Virus record (IMG/VR): IMGVR_UViG_3300025636_000001
Coordinates: 52,878 to 116,877 of that record
From: a virus
DNA length: 64,000 nucleotides
Strand: one strand, 5' to 3'
A program made the translations under genes and the position numbers. A model generated the notes under the pieces. The model did no database searches, had not been told where the DNA came from, and saw only the letters and a program-made list of their open reading frames with translations. Of the stretch, positions 1 to 11,312 are shown one piece after another (the first letter of the stretch is position 1; each line of letters starts with the position of its first letter).

Positions 1-3000
1 CAATCAAGTAAAGACATGCTCTTTTTTGTAGCACCAACCTTAGTAGTTGTTTGTGGTGCTGATTCTAAAGCAGCTAATTCTGCATCATATTTAGCATTAA
101 TTTTGTTAGTATTTGTTACACCTTCTTTAAAATTATCTAATTCATTTAATAATGCAAACAATTCATCTCCTAAAAATTCACCTCCAAAAGGTAAAAGTTG
201 AGTTAGTTTATTTTTATATTTAGAATCAACTACCTTATCTCCATTTACAAAAGACATTTTTAATATTTTGTTTTCTAAATTTTCTTTTGTAGGAATATTA
301 TTTAACTCTTCTTGCCTTCTTTTTTCTATATCAGCTTTTTTAGCTTCAATATTAGTTGTTTGTTGTCTTGGTTGTTGACCACTTTTAGAATCTCTAACTT
401 CTTTAGCTTTTTCTATAAGTTCAGTAAATAATTCATTACGTTCATCTACTTCTAATTTTCTAGGTTTTAATCTAGCTAATACAATTTTACCCGTAAGCGG
501 ATCTTTTATAATACCAACATACCCACCTTTTGACAAAGCTTTTCTAAACATGTTAGACCCTTCTTTGGATTTACTATCAGATGCAGGTGTTGATTCAAGA
601 TCTTTAATAAGCTTCTGTATAAAAGCTTCATTCTCTTTAGGATCTTCAATATCTGTTTCAAATCTTTCTCCTACTGTGTCTACGTTTCTTGTATTAACTA
701 TTACAACCTTATGTCCATCATATGTATTCTGTGCTAGATCATCATATGAGTTATCATAGTTTTCTGTATCCTCATACTGACCACCTGTTACTTTAACTGA
801 GAAACCTAGTTCTTCTAAGTCTGCTATAGTAATAGCAGCATTAGTTTTGTCTTTCATGAACTCATCAATCTTCAAAGTAAAGTAGTCTTGCTTAAGCATT
901 TCATTTCTTAATTCAGAAACGCTTACACCTGTAGGTGTTATATACCTATCAATTACTTTATCTTCAAGCTGGCTAATCTTTACAATTTCTTTTGGATTAC
1001 CGTTTTTAGTAAATCTAAAATGATCATTTCTTATAAAACCAATAGAACCATCCCAATTTTGAGGATAGTCAAAACCATCCATATTTTTAGCAATCTCTTC
1101 TCTTAATACTTCAGGTATAAATACTTCTATTGAATATTTATCACCTCTAACAATAAGCTTGTTTTCAGTTGTATCATCACCAGCTCTAAGAAAATTAGAT
1201 GATTGATTTGGATTTGGTCTTATTCTTATTTCTAAAGCAGAGATTTGCTCAGGAGATAATAAAGACAAAACCTTATTAAGTCTTAGAGCTGAATCTGCAT
1301 CAACTGCACCAAATGATTTAGGATATAAACCATTTACTTCACCTGGTAATAATTTTACAGCATCTGTTGAAAGCTTAACACCTTCAAATGTTTCTTCAAC
1401 CTTTGTATATATGTCTGAGAATCCTGCTTCTTCAACTGTAAAAGATGCAAGCGTTTTATCGTTGCCCTCAAGATCTTTTTTATCTAAAGCAATTAATTCA
1501 AGCTTTGCTGCATTTTTAGCAGAAGTTGAAGTACCAAGAACTACAAATTTATTTCCATCTACATCTTCTACAACATCTAAATTTACTAGCGTTGTACCAT
1601 CAAAGTTAAATGGTGTTGTGTCAGGCATTAGTTTCTTTAATTCATCAAAAGCTTCAACAGCCTCATCAAAATTTGTAAATGCTGCCTTGTCTAATCCAGC
1701 CAATTCCAAAAGATCTCCGGATAAAGTATCACCGTTATTATCAGTTAGAACATATATTGTTTCTCTCAACTCAGAAGCATCTTCATTATCAATAGAATCA
1801 ATACTAGCTATTTCTTTTTTAAGAATATTTACACCAGGTCCTTTATCAGCCCATTCCATTAAAGGATCATTCTCAACAACTGAGTCTAATCCTTCATTAG
1901 TCTCATTTCTTTCTATATCAGCTGCTTTTAATCCAGCAAATTCAAGGGATCTGTATACAAAAGTATCATCCTTTTGATCAAGAATCCATTGTTGAAAGCC
2001 TTCTTCACTTTTAGTAATATTGTTTTTAGCTTGCTCTGATAAAGCTTTATTGCTTTCTGAGGCTAGCCATATACCTTTAATTTTTTCTAACCCTGCAACA
2101 GCGTTAGTTCCTTCTTTTGTATTAATCCAATCTGCTTTGCTAAGTATTGTTTTTTTACCTAACTGTTGTTTTTGTTTATACTTTAAATATAAATCATCCA
2201 ATAACAATTTTGAAAAAGGAGATTCATTTTCTTTTAAAATATCAACACCCTCTTCAACATTTGCAATAGGACTATCAGAAGTTAATTTTAAATATTCATT
2301 TAACTCTGATGTTTTATTTGAACTTGTATCTTTCTGATTAACATCTGTTTTTTCTTCTTCAGCTTTTTTATCAGCATTTTCAGTTTCAAACTTTACTCTA
2401 TTGTAATTATCAATAAGTGTTTGTATTTTCTGATAAAGTTCATTGTTATTAGATTTAAAAACTTTACCAGCTTCAGTATAAAAATCTGTTAATACAGATG
2501 TATCACCAGTCTCCATAAATTTAATGGACTGTTCTGTATCTGCATACACACCTCCGTTTTTATTTTCACTACCTATACCAGCTAGAGCTTCAAGTAAAGA
2601 AACTCTTTCTTGATTTTGAATACCTTTTATGACACTCTTCTTAAAATCAGCTTTAATATTATTAAAACGTGTTAAGAATATTTCACTAAGTCTATCTGAC
2701 ATTTCAGTAAACTTAACATTATCACTAAACATAGAAACACTACGGGCATATACTTGAGCTCTCTTGTCTAAATAACTGTGATCTACTAACTGCTTTACCA
2801 AGTATGATAACTTAGCATCATCAATCATTGCACCTTTTGATACAGCCTCAATATATGATTTAAGTGGAGTTTTTAAATTTTCCATCTTATCTCTATCATA
2901 TACATCTGAGTCTTTATCATATATACCTTCTAGAGTTGTTAAGTAACCAGCTAGAGCTACTAGTTTATCTTCCTTATCAGTAAGAATTTTTTTATCTACA

Positions 3001-5483
3001 TTTTCAGAATCCTTTAAAACTCTTATCTCATCTGACAATAAAGCTATTTCTCTTTGTATAGAATCAACAGCTAACAATGGTGTAAGGTCATTAACATCAG
3101 TACTACCTTCAACTGTTGAAAGTTTTAATGCTTGTTCAATAGCATCTCTTCTGTTTGCTGCAGATTTAAAAGATTCTTTACTAACTAGATAAAGCAAACG
3201 TCCGTGTTCTACAGCACTGTATTTTGCCAACTCTGCATTAAATTCCTTTGTACCTTTATCAAATCTTTTAAAAGCATAAGGGTTTTGTATAACATCAAAA
3301 GATGCATCATAATCTTTTTTAAAGTCCTTAACTCTATCAATTGATTTACCAATACGTTCTTTAAACTTACCAGACTCTATATCTTCTTTTTGATTAGGGT
3401 ATGCTTCTATTAAAGCTTCATCTGATAGTTTTTGTAAGTCTTCTAACTGCTCAATATATAAACCTTCAGTTCCATTAGTAACCATGTGATGAGCATTCAT
3501 AATAAAGGAATCATCCTTACTATCTCTCATACCCAACTCATCATCTTCAAACATGTGCTTATCACCGTCATCTTCAGATTGCTTTTGAGCAAAAAAGTTT
3601 AGTTTAGAAGAGCTCATAAAGTTTTGAGGATCTTTAGCTACTTCTTCAGCTATATTATTAACCTCATCTACAAAAGCATCTCTTTGTTTTTTATACTCTT
3701 CATATTGTTTAGGATCTCTTTTTTGTTGTATGTAATCAGGTAATACTTCAAAGAATAATCTTTGAGGTCCTTGAACCAAACCACCCATTAAAAATCCAGA
3801 TAAAAAAGTTTCAAAACCTTGACCTGTCATTTGACTATTAAAGCCTGATTGAAAAGCTGCTTTTTGAAGATCGTGCCTGTTTGCATTTGGGTTTTCTAAT
3901 AATAATGAATGATAATCAACAAGTCCTTGAGATACACCTTCTTGAAACATTTCCTGAAAACCTTCTCCCAATCCACCAGATGAGTATCTAAGTATCCCAC
4001 CTGCTGTATGTTTGATACTACCTTTAACACCTAAAGCTTTTAACTGATTCCAACCAATTAATTTACCAAATATTGTTTTATTAGATGTTTCTTGAAATAA
4101 TTTACCTGCTGTTTTTCCAGCAGCTCTATTCTTAACAAAGTTTTCTACTGTTGTCCTTCTAACAATATTTTTAGAATTACCAAGTTTATTAAATATTCTT
4201 CTTAGTTGTGGAGAAAATCCACCAAGTGCTTTACCTAATGCTATTTTATTAGTTACAAAAATTACAGGAGCATTAAACAAAGCAGCATTTGAAGCCGCCT
4301 TTAATGCTTCTTCATTAATTTCACTTAATTGATCTGGTGTTAATTGAGCACCTCCGTTTTCACGCATCACTCTTTCAACATTTCTACCAAACATATCTTG
4401 ATATACAAAACCTCCTTCAAGTTTTGATTCGCTTATTGTAAGGTTTAATGCTCTAGCATCTCTATAAAAAGCACCAAACCCTTTTGATGTTTTAGCTAAA
4501 TTACTTAAACCTTTTGCCGCGCTTTCTGTTGATTTAAAAGATTTTAATGTAGCTCTTAATTCTGGTGTAAAGAAATCACCTGCAAGTTTACCACCCGTTT
4601 TAGCCACGCTCCAAAAATCTTTTGCTTTATCTGCTGTTCTAAGTGTAGCTAAAACATCCTTACCAAGCCTCATTGTTCTTGTAACATCAAAAATGTTACC
4701 AATACTTTTAACACCCCTAACAAGGTTTTTACCCGTCCTTGCTAAAAACATAGGTGCCGCACCACCTTCAGTGGCAGCAGTAGCACCGGCTAATACTAAT
4801 TCTTCAGCTAAAATCTCACTAATTGTACCTAAAGTTTGAGCTGCGTTTAAATTAAGATTTATCAAAAAACCTGTTGCACCACCTCTTGTGCTTGCCCCTA
4901 ATCTATTTGCTTCAGACATAGCTGCAGCACCTTCTAAATCTGCAGATGTCCAATAACTTTCATCACCTGAAAAAAGATCACCCCAAGATCTAAATGCACT
5001 TCCAAAACCACTAGAAAAATTAGTCAACCAAGGCATTACTGATCTTTTATAATCATCCCATCCTGTTGTGTTTGCATTATAATAAGATTCCATATCCATA
5101 TCAGGTCTCCAACCTAATTTTTCAAAAGCACCCATTCTTGCATACCTATCATAACCGGAAGATTTAATTCCAGATATAATAGGGTCTTGTATTTTCATTT
5201 GCTGTTCACCTCCTAGAAAAGGAGTTGGAGCATTAAAAACTTTTTTAAATGATTCAAAATTATCAAACCCAGGTTTTGGTGAGTTATGTCTTGACATAGG
5301 TAAATCAAGAGGTATAGCAAACTGATTCATCTTTGGTGCCAAAGATTCTAAATCTTTCATGTAATCACCCATATCTTGAACGCTTTCAACGTCAAAGTCT
5401 AAGTCAAACATTTCATCAATTGGTTTAAACTGAAAATCATCTGGTTGATACATAGGATCAGTTTGGATATTTGAATCTTGCAT
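1..5483 (-). CDS. Giant virion/ejected protein, N-terminal ~1827 aa, open to the window edge (crAss-like cargo / virion RNA polymerase cluster)
   Basis: ATG at 5481-5483 (MQDSNIQTDPMY...). Frame read as open near both ends, and the ORF track shows no stop-terminated minus ORF here. Gly-rich hydrophobic segments (GLGEGFQEMFQEG, FLSGFLMGGLV). Position matches crAss-like giant genes. No polymerase catalytic motif seen in this part. Confidence 0.8.
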   Translation of the reverse strand, partial: MQDSNIQTDPMYQPDDFQFKPIDEMFDLDFDVESVQDMGDYMKDLESLAPKMNQFAIPLDLPMSRHNSPKPGFDNFESFKKVFNAPTPFLGGEQQMKIQDPIISGIKSSGYDRYARMGAFEKLGWRPDMDMESYYNANTTGWDDYKRSVMPWLTNFSSGFGSAFRSWGDLFSGDESYWTSADLEGAAAMSEANRLGASTRGGATGFLINLNLNAAQTLGTISEILAEELVLAGATAATEGGAAPMFLARTGKNLVRGVKSIGNIFDVTRTMRLGKDVLATLRTADKAKDFWSVAKTGGKLAGDFFTPELRATLKSFKSTESAAKGLSNLAKTSKGFGAFYRDARALNLTISESKLEGGFVYQDMFGRNVERVMRENGGAQLTPDQLSEINEEALKAASNAALFNAPVIFVTNKIALGKALGGFSPQLRRIFNKLGNSKNIVRRTTVENFVKNRAAGKTAGKLFQETSNKTIFGKLIGWNQLKALGVKGSIKHTAGGILRYSSGGLGEGFQEMFQEGVSQGLVDYHSLLLENPNANRHDLQKAAFQSGFNSQMTGQGFETFLSGFLMGGLVQGPQRLFFEVLPDYIQQKRDPKQYEEYKKQRDAFVDEVNNIAEEVAKDPQNFMSSSKLNFFAQKQSEDDGDKHMFEDDELGMRDSKDDSFIMNAHHMVTNGTEGLYIEQLEDLQKLSDEALIEAYPNQKEDIESGKFKERIGKSIDRVKDFKKDYDASFDVIQNPYAFKRFDKGTKEFNAELAKYSAVEHGRLLYLVSKESFKSAANRRDAIEQALKLSTVEGSTDVNDLTPLLAVDSIQREIALLSDEIRVLKDSENVDKKILTDKEDKLVALAGYLTTLEGIYDKDSDVYDRDKMENLKTPLKSYIEAVSKGAMIDDAKLSYLVKQLVDHSYLDKRAQVYARSVSMFSDNVKFTEMSDRLSEIFLTRFNNIKADFKKSVIKGIQNQERVSLLEALAGIGSENKNGGVYADTEQSIKFMETGDTSVLTDFYTEAGKVFKSNNNELYQKIQTLIDNYNRVKFETENADKKAEEEKTDVNQKDTSSNKTSELNEYLKLTSDSPIANVEEGVDILKENESPFSKLLLDDLYLKYKQKQQLGKKTILSKADWINTKEGTNAVAGLEKIKGIWLASESNKALSEQAKNNITKSEEGFQQWILDQKDDTFVYRSLEFAGLKAADIERNETNEGLDSVVENDPLMEWADKGPGVNILKKEIASIDSIDNEDASELRETIYVLTDNNGDTLSGDLLELAGLDKAAFTNFDEAVEAFDELKKLMPDTTPFNFDGTTLVNLDVVEDVDGNKFVVLGTSTSAKNAAKLELIALDKKDLEGNDKTLASFTVEEAGFSDIYTKVEETFEGVKLSTDAVKLLPGEVNGLYPKSFGAVDADSALRLNKVLSLLSPEQISALEIRIRPNPNQSSNFLRAGDDTTENKLIVRGDKYSIEVFIPEVLREEIAKNMDGFDYPQNWDGSIGFIRNDHFRFTKNGNPKEIVKISQLEDKVIDRYITPTGVSVSELRNEMLKQDYFTLKIDEFMKDKTNAAITIADLEELGFSVKVTGGQYEDTENYDNSYDDLAQNTYDGHKVVIVNTRNVDTVGERFETDIEDPKENEAFIQKLIKDLESTPASDSKSKEGSNMFRKALSKGGYVGIIKDPLTGKIVLARLKPRKLEVDERNELFTELIEKAKEVRDSKSGQQPRQQTTNIEAKKADIEKRRQEELNNIPTKENLENKILKMSFVNGDKVVDSKYKNKLTQLLPFGGEFLGDELFALLNELDNFKEGVTNTNKINAKYDAELAALESAPQTTTKVGATKKSMSLLD

Positions 5484-5506
5484 GTTGATTATTTTATTTT
5501 AATATG

Positions 5507-8500
5507 TTATTGTGCTGCTTTGTTTTTCTTCTTCCAAGCTTTCTCTGTTTCAATATTTCTTCTAAACTCTTCCATCATTATTAATTGATAATGATTTACA
5601 AAGTTATCAATATTATGCTTACCTGCAGGTCCATTTTCATCTTGAACTAAAATAGGATCTTGTATACCTGCTGAATTAAACAAACCTGTCTTTGGATCTA
5701 GCTGCATCATTTCCATTGCAACATAATAATTGTTATTATTTTTAAAGACTTTAAAAGACCCAGCTTTTTCAGAAAATGCATCATAGTTATAAACTTTATC
5801 TTCTGATAAATCAATGGCTGTTTGAATAGCTGATACATTATACTGACCAGCTCTTTTTGGATTCATGTCTTGTTCTGATGGTACTAATACTTTAATACTT
5901 GTGTATTCGGGTATTTGTGTAGGATTTAACATTGCTGTGTTTTTACCACCCCCTGTACCTTTTGTTGCACCGGAAAATTCTTTAATATAATCATAATCAG
6001 TTTTAAGAGTATATGATGCAAATGATTTACCATCTATTGTTTCAACGGGATTATATTCTATTTGATATGATAGTTTCTTTGAAGCTGCTGATTTTGGATT
6101 AAGCATTGCCTGTCTACTATCTCTTATTATTTCATCAACAATAAATTTAGCATTTGCATTGTTTTCAACTTCAGTTGCAGATTGAGTCATAACAACTTTA
6201 TCCGCTGACATATCATACTGTCTCTTAAAATTAAAAATCATTTCTTGAGCCTTTTTATCCTTAGCTATAGTACTAACACTAAATGTGGCACCATATCCTT
6301 GATAAGTAAACAAATTACTTTCATTCATTTCTTCTAAAGGAACACCTCTAAAAACAGCTTCTGCTGAAAATGGTTGGAATGTTCTTGACCCACCCATTTC
6401 ATTCATATTTAAAGTACCATTTATAGATTGATTTAATAAACCATATTGTACTTTATAAGCTTCTTCAGCATCTTCCTTTGCTCTTTTTTCTACAAATATT
6501 GTATTTCCAAATAATTCATCTGTCTTTTTACCAAGATAATTAGCTATTCCTGGAAACATGCTTATTTCAATAAGATCTTTACTACCATCGTCATTCCTAC
6601 CATTTCTACCTTCTATGTAGTCTTTACCTTTTATTACACCTTTTTTTGCTCTCTCTACATATTCAGCAATAAAATCATCTTTGGATAAAAGAGCTCTTTG
6701 AGTGTCATCATTTTTACTTGTGATAACAAGCTCAGGCATATTAGCTTCAAGTTGTCTTTTTAATTCTGCACCTTGTTTTGTAGTACCTACTTTTAATAAA
6801 TCATAATTTTTACCAAGAACTGTATTTAAACTTTTTTCATAAGCAATAGATTTACTTTGTCTTCCTTGTATTGTATTATACATACTGTAAGCTTCAACCA
6901 GTTGAGGACTTTCTAAAGCTTTAGGATTATTAGTGGGTAGTTTATTTGTAAGAGTCTTTACAGCATTATCATAATTTAAATCAACTAAGTTTTCATTTCC
7001 TTCTTCTGATAGTTTAGCTTTTATTTGATCATAAGATCCTTTAAATGTGCTACCATCATTGAGTTTAATCTCCATACTATTATAGTTAGTATTTTGAAGA
7101 CTTCCACCCATCTTACTAAGTTGATCTATTTTAAGTATAAAGTCAGTTTTACTTTGATTAGTTTCTTGTGCATAAGCTGCTGCTCTCTGAGCATTATCAG
7201 CCATTGCATCTTCAACCTCTCTAACCTCAGTTGAATTTTTTGTTATACCTGTTGTTGAACCACCAAACAAAGCATCAACTAAATTACCATCAGCTGTTGA
7301 TTGCAATGTTGGATCTAATTTTGCCTTTAATTCTATTTCTTTTTTTCTATTAATGTGCTGTTGCTCAATTTTAGCCATGCTATATTTATGCTGAACCTCT
7401 AATTTTTTATAAGGGTTAGCCGTAATAGTTCTGGAATAATCTTTCATACTATGAGCTTTAGCCGCTCCTAAGATATCAGAGCTGAGGTTATAGTTCATCA
7501 AAAGATTAAAGGCTTTATTTAAAAGCTCAGGATCCTCATCAATATTTATATTATCAACTCTTTGTAGAGTTTCTTCATTTCTTTCAAGAGCACCTCTGCT
7601 TTTGTCATACTGCTCAATAGCTTCAAGCATTGCTTTAGCTTCAGGGCTGTTTGGTGTAACACCTGATGTTCTTTCATACTCTTCCCAATTCTCTTTAGCT
7701 TTTAAAGCTTCATCAAATTGTTGTTTGATAATCTCATTGGCAGTAGCATTTCTTTGAGCAAGATCACTTAACTTATCTTTTGCCCATGCAGTCTGTCCCT
7801 CTAACACAGTAGAGTATAAACCGTTGTCTAAACCTTTTTGAGCAAAGTTTCTAGAATCAACATAACCACTTGCTCTGTAGGCATCCATTACTCTTGGATC
7901 CTCTATTAAAGTTTTTTGTAAAAAATTATATGCACCTGGTACTTGTTGTTTACCATTCTTCTCTCTGATAATCCAATGACCTGTTGGATCTGGAATATCA
8001 ATTTCTACATCTCCAAATCCAGCATCTTTTAAAAGTTTAGTAGACATTGAATATAAATCAACGTTTTCTATATATGTTGGTAGACCTTGCTTTAAAGCTG
8101 CATCTCTATCAGCAGTTTTAAAATCTTCCATTTGATAGTTCAAGTATTGCATACCTGTAGACCAATATTTTTTTCTTTGATCTACATTATCAGAATCTTT
8201 AAATGTCAACGCACGTTGTGCATTTTGTTTATACTGTTTTGTATAAACAAGATCTTTTACAATAAGATCATCCTCATAAAAAGGTTTAAAAACGCTCTTA
8301 GCTGAATCAACATTTTGACGTAGAGAAAGATCCATGCCTGAAATTTGTTGAATCTTTGGTGCAAGTTGATTTGCATACTGATCCCTCATTGCAATTGTAT
8401 CTTCTCTTGATAAATCTGCATATACAACCTTACCATATAAATCACTTAATTGTTTATAGTTGGTATCATAGCGATCCTGTCTTGTATCCAATACAGAAGA

Positions 8501-8575
8501 CAAAAACTTATAGTCTGGTGTAAATGGTTGAATCTCTCTTGAATATGTCTTACTTCCTGGTACGTATGTTGCCAT
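5507..8575 (-). CDS. Large virion cargo/ejection protein (1022 aa)
   Basis: Long, largely helical ORF lying between the cargo genes and the giant gene; function inferred from synteny. Confidence 0.6.
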   Translation of the reverse strand: MATYVPGSKTYSREIQPFTPDYKFLSSVLDTRQDRYDTNYKQLSDLYGKVVYADLSREDTIAMRDQYANQLAPKIQQISGMDLSLRQNVDSAKSVFKPFYEDDLIVKDLVYTKQYKQNAQRALTFKDSDNVDQRKKYWSTGMQYLNYQMEDFKTADRDAALKQGLPTYIENVDLYSMSTKLLKDAGFGDVEIDIPDPTGHWIIREKNGKQQVPGAYNFLQKTLIEDPRVMDAYRASGYVDSRNFAQKGLDNGLYSTVLEGQTAWAKDKLSDLAQRNATANEIIKQQFDEALKAKENWEEYERTSGVTPNSPEAKAMLEAIEQYDKSRGALERNEETLQRVDNINIDEDPELLNKAFNLLMNYNLSSDILGAAKAHSMKDYSRTITANPYKKLEVQHKYSMAKIEQQHINRKKEIELKAKLDPTLQSTADGNLVDALFGGSTTGITKNSTEVREVEDAMADNAQRAAAYAQETNQSKTDFILKIDQLSKMGGSLQNTNYNSMEIKLNDGSTFKGSYDQIKAKLSEEGNENLVDLNYDNAVKTLTNKLPTNNPKALESPQLVEAYSMYNTIQGRQSKSIAYEKSLNTVLGKNYDLLKVGTTKQGAELKRQLEANMPELVITSKNDDTQRALLSKDDFIAEYVERAKKGVIKGKDYIEGRNGRNDDGSKDLIEISMFPGIANYLGKKTDELFGNTIFVEKRAKEDAEEAYKVQYGLLNQSINGTLNMNEMGGSRTFQPFSAEAVFRGVPLEEMNESNLFTYQGYGATFSVSTIAKDKKAQEMIFNFKRQYDMSADKVVMTQSATEVENNANAKFIVDEIIRDSRQAMLNPKSAASKKLSYQIEYNPVETIDGKSFASYTLKTDYDYIKEFSGATKGTGGGKNTAMLNPTQIPEYTSIKVLVPSEQDMNPKRAGQYNVSAIQTAIDLSEDKVYNYDAFSEKAGSFKVFKNNNNYYVAMEMMQLDPKTGLFNSAGIQDPILVQDENGPAGKHNIDNFVNHYQLIMMEEFRRNIETEKAWKKKNKAAQ

Positions 8576-8634
8576 AATACTAAATTACTAAAATTTTATA
8601 AGTTTTAAAAACTTTTTCAATACACTTTTTGAGT

Positions 8635-11310
8635 TTAATAACCCGTTTTACCTGTATAAAAAGGAACAACATATTTTTTCATCTCTTTTCCTTTCTTTCC
8701 AGTTGTTCCTGGATAACCGCCTGTTTGACTTAGCATCTTTAATGCATCCGCATATGGATTAGCCCCATAAGATGGAGCACCTTTTGTAGAAGAAGTTTTA
8801 GAACCAGAACCCATTATGGTTTTAATATCTTCTTCACTAAAGCCGTCTTTTTGTAGTTGTGAATAAGCGTTAGCTCTATCTGTATAACTACCATAATTGT
8901 TAGTATTAGCTGCTGATTTATTAGCAACTATTGCAGGTAAATTATCAGCCACATTTATTACACCACCAGTTGTTGGATCTATATTAAAATATGGATATAA
9001 AGTATTTAAGTTTGCTGTGTTTGCTCTATTGGTTATAGCCGTATTCATCAAACCTGTATACTGCTCCCTATCAAGATTTTTTTCATCCATATAGTTTTGC
9101 AATGTCAACTGCGTATCATCATACAATTTAACATCTCTATCTCTTTGCTCTCTTTTACCTGCTGCTTCTAATTGAGCATTCATTGCTAAACCTCTATTAA
9201 CAGTGCCTATATTTCTTTGATGAACTTGAGCAAAAGTATTTGCATTTTGCGCAAATGCTTTACCTTGAGCTTGTGATGCTCTAGCATTAAATGATTGAGG
9301 ATTACCAAATGAGGCAGCACCTTGAGTTATAATATTTAACTGTTCATTTACATCAGCAAGTTGTCTTGTAGGTTCTTCTAAAACATAATCAGCTTTAGGT
9401 ATTTCTACAGCAGGTTGCCATGGTAAAAACATCTCCCTATCTCTCATTGCAATTGCAGCAAGATTATTTAAATCCTGTGTCCAGTATTCAGGGCGTAAAG
9501 GTGCTAGACTTTTAACTTCAGGAATATCAGATTCTTTTTTCTCTTCCTCTTTTTCTTTCTTTGGTTCTGGTTTTTTTGATTCCTTTACCTGTAATGTTTG
9601 ATTCAAAGTGTTGTTACCGTAAAATCCTTCAGCTTTAGAAATTGTTTTATTATCTGCCCAGTTACCTTTTTGATCAGGTCCGCTAGCAACATAATTTAAA
9701 TTAGGGTTGTCACTTTCATTATCTGCTAAAGTAACAGCTTGAAAAAATAACTGATTCATTTTAGTTGTAGCGTCATCTATTTGATAAGCTTCATACTGAT
9801 CAGGATATAATTCAGCAGTTCTATTAAACAACTTCTGAGTATTTTCATTCTTCTTTACATCAGCTGCCTTATCACTACCTTTATCTAATTGGGTTGCATA
9901 CCTGTATTCATCAGGAACTAAATCTTGAATCTTATAATTATTTTCTTGATACTTCAAAAAGTTTTGCATTGCAACATCTTTTGTTGGTATCTGATCTTCA
10001 GCTATTCCTTGAGCAAGTGCATTTGCTTTAAACGCAGCATAAGCTCTATCAGTTGTTGCTTTCCATTCAGGGGAATCAGAAGTAAATAAACGCTCTAGTT
10101 CTTGATACTGTTTGTATCCAGAACCTAAAGATCTACCACCTTTAAACCCATCTAGATCTATTCTTCTTCCACCTATCTGTCTACCTGTAGTTCTACGTTC
10201 TGTATTAGTATTGCTTTGAGTATTTGTATTAGTGTTTGTATTGGTGTTTTGATTTGCTGCATCTTGATTAACACTTGTTATACCAAAGTCTGTAAGATCA
10301 GGTTCATCTTGCTTTATAGCAGTATTTCCAAAATATTTTTCTTCAAAAGCTTTATTTTTTTCTTCATCTTTTTCAAACTGGTCTTTCGCGTCTTTAAAAT
10401 CAAACACACGTGGTTGAAATACTCTGGTATTATCTTGCGCTACTGTAGGTGGTATAAAATCATACTTAAATTCATAATCATTTTTACCATCTTGAGCCTT
10501 TGGTAATTCACTACCATATTTAGCCATAGGCATTTGTTGCTGTTGTCCAGCTTGTGCCATCATCTGCTGAAGAGCTGCCATTTTTGCTTGTTCTTCAGGA
10601 GGTAAAGATTGTAACATTCTTTGTGCCGCTTGCTCTGCAGTTATATTCTCAACCTTTTGAGTAAACTCTATAGGATCAATACCCATACCTATCAAATACG
10701 GATGAGATGCAAGTGGTACTCCATCTTCAAAATTCTTTTTTGATTCTTGAGCAAAAGCCAACTTAGATAATTTATTTTGATTTTTATCAATCATTAGTTC
10801 AGCACTCTTAAATTTTATAGGATCTATATCCTCAGAGTCCATTGCACCAATAAATTCATTAAGTTGATATTTTTTTGATATCTGTGCTGGAGTCATTTTC
10901 TTTTTTGATTCTATACCAAATTCTGCAAGCTCTCTTCTATTAAGCTTCATCTTTTGTGTATCAGAAAAAACAAATGACTGTTCTGGTAAGAACATAGGAA
11001 CACCACCACTTCCATGTCTAGGACCAGTTATATTATATAAACCAAATTGACCATCATCATTAAGATCAGTAAGAACTGTTTCTCCACCTTCAGCTTCAAT
11101 ATTAGCCATATCTCTAGGTACTGAAGAAAGTGAATATCTTATTGATTTACCATCTTCATCATTAAATTGCTTGGGTGTAAGATTATTTGTAACAAGACCG
11201 TAACCAGATTGATCACCTGTGGTTGCACCACCTTGCTGCATTGTCTTTACAACCTTACCTTTTTTTAATTCAAAACCTTCAGGTAATTTATTTATTTTAA
11301 TTTTTGCCAT
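8635..11310 (-). CDS. Virion cargo protein (891 aa)
   Basis: N-terminal NIEAEGGE...GPRHGSGGVP...FVFSD block resembling crAss-like cargo proteins; Q/N-rich linkers; xxGG motifs. Confidence 0.6.
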   Translation of the reverse strand: MAKIKINKLPEGFELKKGKVVKTMQQGGATTGDQSGYGLVTNNLTPKQFNDEDGKSIRYSLSSVPRDMANIEAEGGETVLTDLNDDGQFGLYNITGPRHGSGGVPMFLPEQSFVFSDTQKMKLNRRELAEFGIESKKKMTPAQISKKYQLNEFIGAMDSEDIDPIKFKSAELMIDKNQNKLSKLAFAQESKKNFEDGVPLASHPYLIGMGIDPIEFTQKVENITAEQAAQRMLQSLPPEEQAKMAALQQMMAQAGQQQQMPMAKYGSELPKAQDGKNDYEFKYDFIPPTVAQDNTRVFQPRVFDFKDAKDQFEKDEEKNKAFEEKYFGNTAIKQDEPDLTDFGITSVNQDAANQNTNTNTNTNTQSNTNTERRTTGRQIGGRRIDLDGFKGGRSLGSGYKQYQELERLFTSDSPEWKATTDRAYAAFKANALAQGIAEDQIPTKDVAMQNFLKYQENNYKIQDLVPDEYRYATQLDKGSDKAADVKKNENTQKLFNRTAELYPDQYEAYQIDDATTKMNQLFFQAVTLADNESDNPNLNYVASGPDQKGNWADNKTISKAEGFYGNNTLNQTLQVKESKKPEPKKEKEEEKKESDIPEVKSLAPLRPEYWTQDLNNLAAIAMRDREMFLPWQPAVEIPKADYVLEEPTRQLADVNEQLNIITQGAASFGNPQSFNARASQAQGKAFAQNANTFAQVHQRNIGTVNRGLAMNAQLEAAGKREQRDRDVKLYDDTQLTLQNYMDEKNLDREQYTGLMNTAITNRANTANLNTLYPYFNIDPTTGGVINVADNLPAIVANKSAANTNNYGSYTDRANAYSQLQKDGFSEEDIKTIMGSGSKTSSTKGAPSYGANPYADALKMLSQTGGYPGTTGKKGKEMKKYVVPFYTGKTGY

Positions 11311-11312
11311 GA

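Noticed and set aside
5385-5408. FDLDFDVE resembling an RNA polymerase DxDxD motif
   Set aside because: It lies about 26-33 residues from the N-terminus in an acidic leader, without double-psi barrel context.
10200-10255. NTNTNT low-complexity repeat (and QDNV tandem at ~16501-16527)
   Set aside because: Degenerate in-frame linker repeats, not phase-variable tracts.
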